NCBI RefSeq assembly: GCF_001194135.2
Contig: NC_068994.1
Span: 42,809,553 to 42,873,552 of the forward strand
Direction: 5' to 3'
Length of the DNA: 64,000 nucleotides
Source: Octopus bimaculoides
Taxonomy: Eukaryota
Shown piece by piece: positions 38,283 to 51,740 of the stretch. The position numbers and the translations under genes are program-made. Each line of letters starts with the position of its first letter. Within the stretch, counting starts at the first letter, position 1. The notes under the pieces were generated by a model, which searched no databases, was not told the origin of the DNA, and was given only the letters and a program-made list of their open reading frames with translations.

Positions 38283-38784
38283 AATATGCATATATATACA
38301 TACACATATATATATGTATGTATATATATANNNNNNNNNNNNNNNNNNNNNNNNNNNNNNNNNNNNNNNNNNNNNNNNNNNNNNNNNNNNNNNNNNNNNN
38401 NNNNNNNNNNNNNNNNNNNNNNNNNNNNNNNNNNNNNNNNNNNNNNNNNNNNNNNNNNNNNNNNNNNNNNNNNNNNNNNNNNNNNNNNNNNNNNNNNNNN
38501 NNNNNNNNNNNNNNNNNNNNNNNNNNNNNNNNNNNNNNNNNNNNNNNNNNNNNNNNNNNNNNNNNNNNNNNNNNNNNNNNNNNNNNNNNNNNNNNNNNNN
38601 NNNNNNNNNNNNNNNNNNNNNNNNNNNNNNNNNNNNNNNNNNNNNNNNNNNNNNNNNNNNNNNNNNNNNNNNNNNNNNNNNNNNNNNNNNNNNNNNNNNN
38701 NNNNNNNNNNNNNNNNNNNNNNNNNNNNNNNNNNNNNNNNNNNNNNNNNNNNNNNNNNNNNNNNNNNNNNNNNNNNNTAAACAT

Positions 38785-38818
<34 letters not shown>

Positions 38819-39901
38819 ACATACATACATATTTGTGTGTATGTGTGTGTGTGTGCTTGTCTTCATATATATGTATGTGTATACACACACACACTCGCAA
38901 CCCACACAAACACACACACACACTTGAACCCCACCCCCCACATACATACACAAGCACATGCACAACAAGTCAGGTAGATATTCATATATAAATCCAGAAA
39001 TATATACATGCAACATATACACCTAGATCGGAAATATGCTCATATCAATTCTTTCAAAAATGAAGTTACTATTTCGCACATACACACTTAAGAGTCTCAC
39101 ATACAATTGGAAAAAGCATGTTTGTACAGTTAGGAGAACAAGCAGATGTGCTCACATATACACAATCACACACACAAACACACGCACACACACACACAAG
39201 CATACACATACAGATACACACATATGCATACATGCATACCCATTCACAAGTATTCATATGCATGCGCATGCAATCATACACACGCTCACACATGCACACA
39301 TTTTCACATACACACATACACGCACTTATACACACTCACACACACACACACACATACACACACACACACACACACTCATACATACACACACACATGCACA
39401 ACAGTTATATTGAGCAGTCATATATTTGACCGATTCTGCTGTTCAAACGGACACGACACACTCGTATATGAAATATGACATTCCCAGCTAGAAGTTCACA
39501 CACACACACACACACATACACACATACACACTCTTGCTCTCTCACTCTCTCTGTCTCTCACACTCTCCATTGCTCTCTCTCTCACTCTCTCTTTTTCTCC
39601 ACACTCACATACTGTCTTCCAAACACACATATATGCATACTCTGTCTTTCACTGTCTCATTCTCACTCGCCAACAAAAACACTTCCTCTCTTCCTTTCTC
39701 TCTCTCTCTCTCTCTTCCAACACACTCTCATAAGCATACACCTATGCACACACACACACACACACACATTCTCTCACACCTTCACTTACTCTTTCTTTCT
39801 CTTACACTTTCTCCCTCATTCTTGACTCCCTCACACACCACATGTACACATGCTAACAGAAACACACCTTATAATTCTCTCTCATTTACATACACACAAA
39901 T

Positions 39902-39997
<96 letters not shown>

Positions 39998-41185
39998 TTC
40001 TTTATGTTCTTTAGTTCATTTTAGCCATCACAGCCTGACTGATGCTGGAACACCACCTTTAGAGTCACACATTTATTTCTCTCCTCTTCCTCACACAACT
40101 GTTCCACACGTGCACATGTACACAGACACACACAACACACACACACACACACATATATTTACAGTTGCATACAGGCTGATGCCTCTATCACACAGTATAC
40201 GCATACACATAGACCTGCATAGTCACACACAAATGAACAATTTTGTCACACACATACATACACACATACATACAAATCTGAATAACCAAACTGACTAACA
40301 CCTCAAGTCAACCCATATGCAAATATCCATGCACACACATACATAAACTGGCATATTCACTAAAGCCATGTACACACACACATACACACACACATACACA
40401 CACACATGCACCCTCACATATATACACACACATAGATTTACAGTTACATACAGACTGATGCCTCTATCACACGATATACACATATACATAGACCTGCATA
40501 GTCACACACAGATGAGCAACTTTTTTCACACGCATAAAAATACATACACATGCACACACACACACACACACATACATGCACACATACATACATACAAACA
40601 TAAATAGAAACATACACATATGCAAACCTGTATGATCGCATTGAGTCAAACCCTAAGTCAAACAGATATGCAAATATACATGCACACACCTGACATACTC
40701 AAACATGCATATTCACATATTTATGTAATTATTCCATTTACATCCATCTACACACACACATACACACATACACATATATAGACACACTCATACACACAAA
40801 CCTACATAGTTGTTGCACACTATTAGCACCTTTTCCTTGTATATCCCTCGCAACCCAGAGGGAGTTTCTACATAGTCATCGCCCCTTCAAAACACAGCAC
40901 TTGAACCTCCTTCACATCATACAACAGCATGTTACAAAAGATCACACCGCATAATGTGACACTGGGTTTAGTGGACATAGGAAGATAATAAGATGGTCAT
41001 GGCTGGATTGTCTGTTCTTTTAGGTCTGATTTGAAGTTATACAGCAAGAACAGAAAACAAAAACCAACATTTGTCCAACCACACACAAATATGCATAGAA
41101 ATAAACACAGACACACTTATAGAAATACATGTACACACACGCATATACATATTGTAACGACTTTTTCCAAAAAGTAGCTTTACAA

Positions 41186-41254
<69 letters not shown>

Positions 41255-41888
41255 NNNNNNNNNNNNNNNNNNNNNNNNNNNNNNNNNNNNNNNNNNNNNN
41301 NNNNNNNNNNNNNNNNNNNNNNNNNNNNNNNNNNNNNNNNNNNNNNNNNNNNNNNNNNNNNNNNNNNNNNNNNNNNNNNNNNNNNNNNNNNNNNNNNNNN
41401 NNNNNNNNNNNNNNNNNNNNNNNNNNNNNNNNNNNNNNNNNNNNNNNNNNNNNNNNNNNNNNNNNNNNNNNNNNNNNNNNNNNNNNNNNNNNNNNNNNNN
41501 NNNNNNNNNNNNNNNNNNNNNNNNNNNNNNNNNNNNNNNNNNNNNNNNNNNNNNNNNNNNNNNNNNNNNNNNNNNNNNNNNNNNNNNNNNNNNNNNNNNN
41601 NNNNNNNNNNNNNNNNNNNNNNNNNNNNNNNNNNNNNNNNNNNNNNNNNNNNNNNNNNNNNNNNNNNNNNNNNNNNNNNNNNNNNNNNNNNNNNNNNNNN
41701 NNNNNNNNNNNNNNNNNNNNNNNNNNNNNNNNNNNNNNNNNNNNNNNNNNNNNNNNNNNNNNNNNNNNNNNNNNNNNNNNNNNNNNNNNNNNNNNNNNNN
41801 NNNNNNNNNNNNNNNNNNNNNNNNNNNNNNNNNNNNNNNNNNNNNNNNNNNNNNNNNNNNNNNNNNNNNNNNNNNNNNNNNNNNNNNN

Positions 41889-41924
<36 letters not shown>

Positions 41925-43001
41925 TTATATATGTATATATAGTGATTGTCATATATATAGTGTAACAAAAACAAGCACTATACATATATGTATGTGTATG
42001 TATATACATGTGTGTATGTGTACATAAATATATGTGTGCATGTATGCTTGGACATTTTTGCATGCACACACACACACACATGCACTTAAGACAGTTGTGG
42101 TTAATTCATCACCATAGCATGTTCTTGTTCCATTGAGTCTATATGTCAATTATTACACTGACTCTGTAGCATGATTGTGGTGTGGTGAAGTGTGGCATGA
42201 TGCAGTGTCAGGGACAGTGGCACAGGGTAGTGGAGCAAGTGTCACACAATGAATTATTATTTCACTTTTCAATAAGGAAATGGAAGGGTGTGGGTGGCAC
42301 CGTTACATGGGAAGTGGATGGAGGCAGGAGACTGAAATTTAGATAAAAGAGGAGACAACGCCCTCAGGAACCTAGAATATGGCTCTACTAATGATTATAA
42401 TGGTTTACTTTGGTTTGCCACAAGGGCTCTTAATAAATGGCAATACAATGCAAGGAACATGCCACAAAAGCAAAAGTAATGTGACAACAGGGAGTATCTA
42501 TGTGGTCTACCGACACGCTAGTCATAACAGTCAAATCTCCTAATGCGATGGTTTGGTCCATGCTGGATGCCTTTGATCAGAGACCTATTNNNNNNNNNNN
42601 NNNNNNNNNNNNNNNNNNNNNNNNNNNNNNNNNNNNNNNNNNNNNNNNNNNNNNNNNNNNNNNNNNNNNNNNNNNNNNNNNNNNNNNNNNNNNNNNNNNN
42701 NNNNNNNNNNNNNNNNNNNNNNNNNNNNNNNNNNNNNNNNNNNNNNNNNNNNNNNNNNNNNNNNNNNNNNNNNNNNNNNNNNNNNNNNNNNNNNNNNNNN
42801 NNNNNNNNNNNNNNNNNNNNNNNNNNATATATGCATGTATGTGTATATACGCATATGTGTGTCCTTATATATATAAATCTAAATAGATAGACAGACAGAC
42901 AGACAGATAGACAGGCAGGCACACAGACATACAGACACACAGTCACACAGACAGACAGACAGACAGACAGACAGCCTGACAGACAGACAGACACGCAGAC
43001 C

Positions 43002-43043
<42 letters not shown>

Positions 43044-43390
43044 TAGATAGGTAGATAGATTGATAGATTATTCCTAATGCGATGGTTTGGTCCATGCTGG
43101 ATGCCTTTGATCAGAGACCTATTAGATCAGTTTTGACCTGGAACTAAACAAAAACAAGATGTACAGAGCAAAGCAGGGAGTTACTTCTAACAAAATAATA
43201 TATAAAATATCATAGTATAAAAAAATTAGGTATAAAATAATAATTTGAGTAATATTACAAATATGTATATCCTTGCCCACACAACAACAAAAAGAGAGAT
43301 TATGATGTTGTTCCTGTTGTAGTTGCTTCTGTTTCGGCTTCTGCTGCTGTTGATCTTGTTGATGGTGGTGGTGGTGGTGTTATGTTGGTG

Positions 43391-43422
<32 letters not shown>

Positions 43423-43429
43423 GGTGACT

Positions 43430-43475
<46 letters not shown>

Positions 43476-43901
43476 CGACGATGATGATGATGTGGAGGAG
43501 GAGAAAGAGGAGGGGAGGGGTGGTGATGGCAGTAGTGATGATGATGATGTTGATAATGACGATGTGAAGGAGGAGAAGGAAAGAGAAAGGAGGGGTGGTG
43601 ATGGTAGTGATGATGATGATGATGATGTGCCTTTTCTAAGATGTAGATTTCTAACTCTAGTATAGTCCTAAGGCCTTGAGTGTTTTTTCCAGGATCAGTA
43701 GAGTTGATTAGATTGATCCCCAATAGTCAATTAGCTTTTGTTTCTTTTTACATTTTATCAGTCACCATCTTGAGAAGAATGAAGCCTCAACAAGAGAGCC
43801 ACATTAAATATAACCTTTGCAGAGGTGGTCTTTTGTGACAGAAAGAAATTAGAAGTTTATTTATAAAATTATATTCTCAAAGGAGAAAAAATTATTATTA
43901 C

Positions 43902-43949
<48 letters not shown>

Positions 43950-43959
43950 CATTATTATC

Positions 43960-44007
<48 letters not shown>

Positions 44008-44062
44008 TGTTGTTGTTGTTGTTGTAGTAGTAGTAGTAGTTGTTGTAGTAGTAGTAGTAGTA

Positions 44063-44280
44063 GGGTGGTGAGCTGGCAGAATTGTTCGCACACCGGGCAA
44101 AATGCTTTGCAGTATTTCGTCTGTCCTTACATTCTGAGTTCAAATTCTGCCGAGGTCGACTTTGCCTTTCATCCTTTCGGGGTTGATAAATTAAGTACCA
44201 GTGAAATTCTGGAGTCAATGTAATTGCCTAGTCCCTTCCCCCAAAACTTCAGGCCTTGTGCTTATAGTAGAAAGGATTAT
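44063..44280 (+). mobile_element. tRNA-derived SINE, family B
   Basis: gggtggtgagctggcagaa...gagttcaaattctgccgaggtcgactttgcc...gtagaaaggattatt. Further partial copies lie at about 44295-44370 and 44780-45030. Confidence 0.9.
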
Positions 44281-44369
44281 TATTTTTATTATTAAGGCAA
44301 TGAGCTGGCAGAACCATTAGCATGCTAGATAAAACATTTAGTTGCATTTTATCTGTGTTTGCATTCTGA

Positions 44370-44426
<57 letters not shown>

Positions 44427-44430
44427 GTCA

Positions 44431-44670
44431 GAGTGCCATAGTTATTATGTGAAATTGGTTGAATAATATTTCGGCATCCAGCGTGCCTTCCACAGATTCA
44501 AAAATTACATGTCAGTCTACTTCATTGTTTTGTTAAGATTATATAGGACTGAGTACCATAGTTATCATGTGAAATTGGTTGAACAATATTTCGGCATCTA
44601 GCATGCCTTCTATTTTTTTTATTTCTGTATAACTTCTGGAGGAGTTACCTCAGTCCTATATAATCTTAAC
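44431..44670. repeat. Composite of a 60-bp direct repeat and a perfect 22-bp inverted repeat within (TTA)n
   Basis: Direct copies at 44431-44490 and 44551-44610 (5 transitions); inverted copies at 44532-44553 and 44649-44670. Confidence 0.9.
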
Positions 44671-44679
44671 TTATTATCA

Positions 44680-44752
<73 letters not shown>

Positions 44753-45081
44753 CATTATTATCAATATTATTATTATTACATGGTGGGTGGATTGACAGAG
44801 TCATTGCATCATCAGAAAAATGCATTGTGCTGTTTGTTCAGGCACTTTACTTTCTGAGTTTAAATTCCTTCAGGTTTATCATCTTTACTCATCATACTTC
44901 CAGAGGTGGTGGGATTAGAGCACAGTGGTGACAAAATAGGGATCAAGTACTGAGTTTGATTTGATCAACTAATCCCTTTCCCCCCACCCGACCCCCACTG
45001 CTAAATCTGAGGCCTTGAGTGTCTATGTTAGGAACTAATTATTACATAGTTTTAATGGTAATAATGACAGTAAAGACATAA

Positions 45082-45117
<36 letters not shown>

Positions 45118-45343
45118 GTGACGATGATGAGGAGGAAGACTGCATTCCAATGGTGATGATGATGACTGATGAGGATGATGACAACAATCATAGTTGCAAT
45201 AATGAAACAATGAAAATTAAGTTTATGGTTTTGTTTAATGATAAGGATGATGACAGTGTTGATAATGATGATGATGATGATGATGATGATGATGGTGATG
45301 GTGATGATGATGATATGGATGATGACGATGATGATGATGATGG

Positions 45344-45417
<74 letters not shown>

Positions 45418-46145
45418 TTGGTGATGGTGATGGTGATGATGATGGTGATGATGATGATGGTGATGATGATGATTTGATGATGATGGTAACAATAATGATG
45501 ATGACAATGATTCTGGTGTGAGAAAGGGTACAGTGAGAGCGGTGATGATGTCAGTTGTGGATATGTTGCTGCTATTTTTAGCAGCCCCAGGTCAGTTTTG
45601 ATCAAAGAAACCCCATAAATTTCTAAGGGGTATGTCTAGAACAAAATTAACCAAGATGTCTTAGCCTTCAATTAATTATAGGAGGAAAGGAGTTTGTGTG
45701 ACAGCTTCTAATAGATTATTAGGCGATGCTGATAATGGTGGTGGTGGTGGTGGTGGTGGTGGTGGTGGTGGTGGTGATGGAGGTGGTGTTTGTGGTGGTG
45801 GTGGTGGTGGTGGTCGTGGTCCTGCTGGTGGGCATTAGATAGTAAATCATCTTCATTAGCCACATAGTCATTCATAGATTTATGTGTGCACATAAGCATT
45901 TGTGTGTTGTGTGTTGTGTGTGTGTGTGTGTGTGCGCGCGTGTTTGTGTGCGCGCGTGTTTGTGTGTGTGTGCATGCACGTGTACATTTGTGTGTACATT
46001 CGTATATGTGTGATTCTTAAACTTTCTTCAGTGTGGTATTGATGCATATTAATGACCAGAATCTGAAACTAGCTCACAGCCAGAACCTTAATACTGTTAT
46101 TTGGAGTTTAGCTATACAAATTAAATTCAATATTATTACAGTATT

Positions 46146-46361
46146 AAGGTGGAGAGCTGGCAGAAGTGTGAGCACGCAGGCAAAATGCTTAGCAAGATTT
46201 CATCAATCTTTACGTTCTGAGTTCAAATTCTTCGGAGGTCGACTTTCCTTTCATCTTTTCAGGCTTGATAAAATAAGTACCAGTTGAACATTGGGGGATG
46301 ATGTTATCGACTTAATTCTTCCACCAAAATTACTGACCTTGTGCCAAAATTTGACGCCAAT
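46146..46361 (+). mobile_element. tRNA-derived SINE, family B, with a degenerate TSD of about 13 bp
   Basis: aaggtggagagctggcagaa...; ttattacagtatt (46133-46145) versus atattacagcatt (46362-46374). Confidence 0.8.
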
Positions 46362-46825
46362 ATATTACAGCATTAATAAACATACATATTTCTAAAAACA
46401 CGAAAGTTCATAGAACTCGTTCTGAACGCTGTCTTCTGCAGCATTAAGCAGACGTGACGTAAACATTTAACATTTCCTCAGATATGTTATTTGCAAAGAA
46501 GGTCACTTGTCCTAGTGATGTCAACCAAATGCCATAAATTCATAGGACTGATTCTAAACTCTGATTCCAATCGGTAAATAAACCTTTTCCCTGGACAGAG
46601 TATTAAAAGAATGAAATATTCCAGATCAAAATATCCTAGGAAATGCCAAAGTCTCTTGGAGCTAATTCTTAACCCTGAATTATCGCCATCCTCCTCCTCA
46701 TCATCATCCTCATCATCATCATCATCATCATCATCATCAACATCATCATCATCATCATCATCATCACCATCACCACCACCACCACCACCACCACCACCAT
46801 CACCATCACCATCATCATCATCACC

Positions 46826-46856
<31 letters not shown>

Positions 46857-47129
46857 AGTTTTTTTTTTGTTGACAATATTCCAAGAATCTAAAGGACTTG
46901 CTCTGAAACTCTGACTCCTGTATCTTATATTGGTTTCTCATTAAACTGGTATGAGATAAACATGATCCTGGATAAAAATGGTAAGGGACTGAAATACACT
47001 TAATCAATTATTCCATGAAAGCCTGTTGTAGATGAGAACCCTGCATCCATGGTCTGGTAACTCAATGCCTCGTCCACCCATTCTTCCTTCCACAAACTTC
47101 TCCACAACAGTAACTCATACAACCTTGGA

Positions 47130-47354
47130 AGAAATGAGGGTGCTTTTACATGGGCTCTCAAACTGCTAGAAAGCGATGTAAGCGACTAGTCGATTACATC
47201 GACCCCAGTACTGAAGTGGGTACTTATTTAATCAACCCTAAAAGGATACAAAGCAAAGTGGGCCTCAGCAGAGTTTGAACTCAGAATGTGAAGGCATGAA
47301 ATGCTGCTAAGCATTTTGCCCAGCATTGCTAACAATTGCACCAAGCTCACCACC

Positions 47355-47391
<37 letters not shown>

Positions 47392-47662
47392 CAACAACAA
47401 CAACAACAACAATAATAATAATAATCCTTTCTACTATAAGCACAAGGCCTGAAATTTAGGGGAGGGGACTAGTTGATTGCATTGATCCCAGTGCATAACT
47501 GGTACTTATCTCATCAACCTCAATAATAATAATAATAATAATAATCATAATAATAATAAGATAGGGACAGCTAGGATATTTAGGAGGGTTCTTGGCATCT
47601 GAGGCAACTTGTTGTAGCCCGATGTTAGGATTCTTTTCCAAGTCTAATCTGTTGAGTGTATA

Positions 47663-47727
<65 letters not shown>

Positions 47728-48280
47728 GATGATGATGATGATTTTTCATTTTGGTACAAGGCCAGCAATTTCAGGAGTGGGTAGAAGTCAATTATATTGA
47801 CTCCCATTCTCGATTGGTATTTATTTTATAAGCCCCCAAAAAGATGAAAGGCAAAGTCAACCCTGATGGAATTTGAACTCTGAATGTGAAGATGGAGAAA
47901 TTGCCACAAGGCATTTTGCCTGGAGTGGGACTCTAAGGACCCACTGCATAAAAAAAAAAAATAATAATTATGCAGAAACATGTTGATATATAGCTATACA
48001 ATAAATGTAGGAGTGGATAAAAACGAAATAACATTTAAATTCAAAAAGAAAAAAACAATAATAGTTCTTTCTCCTAAAGGCACAAGGCCTGAAATTTGGT
48101 GGGAGGAGACTAGTCAATTACATTGACACCAGTACTTCACTGGTATTTATTTTATTGACCCACCCAAAAAGATGAAAGGCAAAGTCAACCTTGGTGGAAT
48201 TTGAACTCAGACTGTAAAATTGGACAAAATACTACTAAGCATTTTGCCTATCACGTAAATGACACAGCTAGCTCACCACC

Positions 48281-48318
<38 letters not shown>

Positions 48319-48490
48319 ATAGGTACAAGGCATGAAATGTTAGGGGAGGAGGTCAATTTATTAGATAGACCTCAGTATGCAACTGGTACTTAATTTATCA
48401 ACCCCAAAAGGATGAAAGGTAAAGTTGACCTTGCTGGAATTTGAACTCAGAATGTAAAGTCGGATGAAATGCTGCTAAGCATTTTGCTTG
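47130..48490 (-). mobile_element. Cluster of about five family B SINE copies or fragments separated by (AAT)n
   Basis: Copies at about 47130-47355, 47430-47520, 47740-47920, 48065-48283 and 48315-48490, all in the same orientation. Confidence 0.85.
47561..47665 (+). mobile_element. 105-bp extreme 3' end of an R4/Dong-like LINE in (TAA)n
   Basis: IGTARIFRRVLGI* ('GTARILR+VL') followed by a short 3' UTR and (AAT)n; the upstream flank is also (AAT)n. Confidence 0.8.
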
Positions 48491-48964
48491 GAGTGGGGCT
48501 ATAAGGACCCACTATATGGAAAACAAAATAATTGCTCAGAAACATGTTGATACGTAGCTATACTGTGGGAGTAGGTAAAACAAAATAACATTTAAATACA
48601 AAAACGAAAGAACAAAACCAATAATAATGATAACAATGAAAGCTATATTAATAATAAACTGAATAAATAATGTTTGCTGCCAGGCTATCCACAAATCATG
48701 TCTAGTCAAGGAACTGCGGAAACAGACTGTTAAGAAGTGATGGCATAAAGAGACAGAATTCAAAAGGAAATTTCTTTGAATGTAGATCAAAAACTTTACT
48801 GTGGACCTCACTTGCCAAAATATTACCTGATGCTCTATAGTATCCCTAACTGTAAGAGTAAAGGCCATGTATTTATGTCCCTACCCAATCAGACTACATG
48901 ACTGATCGTTCCACCCCTAAATCCTTATCCTTCTGGAATATACCTCTTAGCTTATATATTTCTT

Positions 48965-49200
48965 GTGGAGGCATATGGTTCAGCATGCTGGTCTCATGGT
49001 TGTAAGATTGTGGTTTTGATTCCTAGACCAAATGACATGTCATTTCCTTGAGCAAAACACTTCATTTCACATTGCTCCAGTCCACTGGGCTGACAAAACT
49101 AAGTAAGCCTGTAACAGACCAACATCTCATCAAGTGCGGTATGTATGCAACGCAGAAACCAGGAAAACTGCCCCTATGAGTTTATGAGTCAGGAAAGGAT
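48965..49200 (+). mobile_element. tRNA-derived SINE, family C (CORE-like centre)
   Basis: gtggaggcatatgg...ccttgagcaaaacacttcatttcacattgctccag. A related head lies at 63722-63800. Confidence 0.65.
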
Positions 49201-49382
49201 CTTTACCCTTTTTCTTTTTTCCAACCTTTGCATTTTTCATGTAGCTGTCACTGTGTAACTAATCAATAGGAAAATAAAATCCATCTGTTGCAACAGGTAT
49301 AAAGAAGGCCTCCAACAGCCATGGGTATGGTCCCTTCTTCCACAACAAAACAATAAAAACTGGATAACTGTAAAATATGAAT

Positions 49383-49800
49383 AACGCAGGAGTGGCTGTG
49401 TGGTAAGTAGCTTGCTTACCAACCACATGGTTCTGGGTTCAGTCCCACTGCGTAGCACCTTCAGCAAGTGTCTTCTACTATAGCCTTGGGTCGACCAAAG
49501 CCTTGTGAGTGGATTTGGTAGACGGAAACTGAAAGAAGCCCATCGTATATATGTATATATATATGTGTGTGTGTGTGTTTGTGTGTCTGTGTTTGTCCCC
49601 CCACCATCGCTTGACAACTGATGCTGGTGTGTTTACGTCCCCGTAACTTAGTGGTTCGGCAAAAAGAGACCGATAGAATAAGTACTAGACTTAACAAAGA
49701 ATAAGTCCTAGGGGGTCGATTTGCTCGACTAAAGGTGGTGCGCCAGCATGGCCGCAGTCAAATGACTGAAACAAGTAAAAGAGTAAAAGAGAGTAAAGAG
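49383..49800 (+). mobile_element. Full-length young tRNA-derived SINE, family A
   Basis: A-box-like TGGCTGTGTGG, B-box-like GGTTCAGTCCC, ggcacctt..gcaagtg core, internal (AT)(GT) tract and gtaaaaga repeated tail; many CpGs intact. Confidence 0.92.
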
Positions 49801-50582
49801 TAACTGAATTGATCTCTGTACAAGACTAGTACTTATCAACAGTGCAGCGTTGAAAGACACTCAGCGTAGGTATGATTTGAAAACATCATCTACATGTATG
49901 AGAACAATTAACTAACCACATCAAATGTAGCTTCTATTACAAAACTACACCTTTTTCCATTTATAGAGAAAAGAAACTCTATGAGGTTAAATCAACATGT
50001 GGAAATAGCAATAACATTGCCAATAATAATGTTTTTGGCTTATTTGCCTCAAGGTTTTCTCTGAATGAGGGATGTTATGGTGATGGAAATCTCAAAAACA
50101 TGGGCCAACAAAGGAATTAGAAACAGCAGTTAAATCCTCCCCAAATCAAGCCCTAAGAGCTATGGGGTGAAATGCGTAATGTGATCTTCCATGGAATAGA
50201 ATAGAGGATGGTCAGAATTGGTCCATTAGCATTGTCCTGGGGTTAAACAACGGCAACATTTATCTTCACTGCATAATATAGTATTTGTATGATTCACACA
50301 CATATACACACACATACACACACACAGATATACACATGTATAAGATTGCCTGTGTATTACATATACGCACAAACAGACACACATAAATATATATGTGTGT
50401 ATGTATGTGTGTATCTTTGTGTGTGTGTGTGTGTGTACATATATATATGCATATGTATATATATATAATTGCCTATGTATGTGTGTGTATATTTATGTAT
50501 ATATATATATATATATATACACACACATATATATACTCATGTATAAATATATGTATATATATAAATATATATATATATATAC

Positions 50583-50685
<103 letters not shown>

Positions 50686-51392
50686 TACATATATATTTAT
50701 ATGTATGTACATATATGTGTGTATGTATGTATGTATGTATCTGTGTATGTATGTATGTGTGTGTGTATGTGTGTATACAACAACGTACAACAATACATTA
50801 TACCTGTATAAACATCATTATCATCATGACCATATTCAAACTGTTTTAAATCGAAAAGAAACAATAACTCACTGACAGGAATTGAACCACTAGTCTCTTA
50901 TTTACCAGGAGTATGCTATCCATTACTTATTGGATATGTCTATCATAGCAAACTAATATTGGTAATGGTGTTGATAGTTGTAGACATAGCGTTCAAAAGG
51001 TAAATGCTGTGTTCAAAAGGTAAATGCTTTATGTAGACGGATGAGTTAGAAAAACAAAAACTTCAATGAAGTAAAATGTATCATAAAGTGTGTGTGTGTG
51101 TGTACACACACACACACAGACGAACACGCACACTCACACACACACACAGTGCTCACAAACAGTTAAGACCAATCACACACCATGCATACATATATATACA
51201 TACACACACATATACATACGTCCATACATATATACATACATACATACATGCATACATACATTCTACCTCAACAAATTCCATCTGACCCATACAAGTTCGG
51301 AAAAGTGGACATTAAAACATCGCTGAAGATAAAGGTGATTATGATGCGTGTGTGTGTGAACGTGTGTGTGTGTACATACACACATATATATG

Positions 51393-51479
<87 letters not shown>

Positions 51480-51740
51480 GCACACACATATATACATACA
51501 GAGAGTACGTGATAGATACACATATATATATAAAAATACATAAAATACTTAACATATACACATTCTTGCATACATGCATGCATACATGTATTCATACAAT
51601 TCATGCATAAATATATACATACATACATACATACATACATACATACATACATACATACATACATACATGTGTACTTACATAATCCTTACTCACTTATATG
51701 CACACGTATTCATGCGAAAGTAAAGAATTTCAAACCAAAG

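Noticed and set aside
49383-49460. tRNA genes (A- and B-box-like motifs here and in other SINE heads)
   Set aside because: No cloverleaf; each continues into a SINE body.
50991-51028. 18-bp tandem duplication gttcaaaaggtaaatgct
   Set aside because: Ordinary slippage duplication with no further structure.
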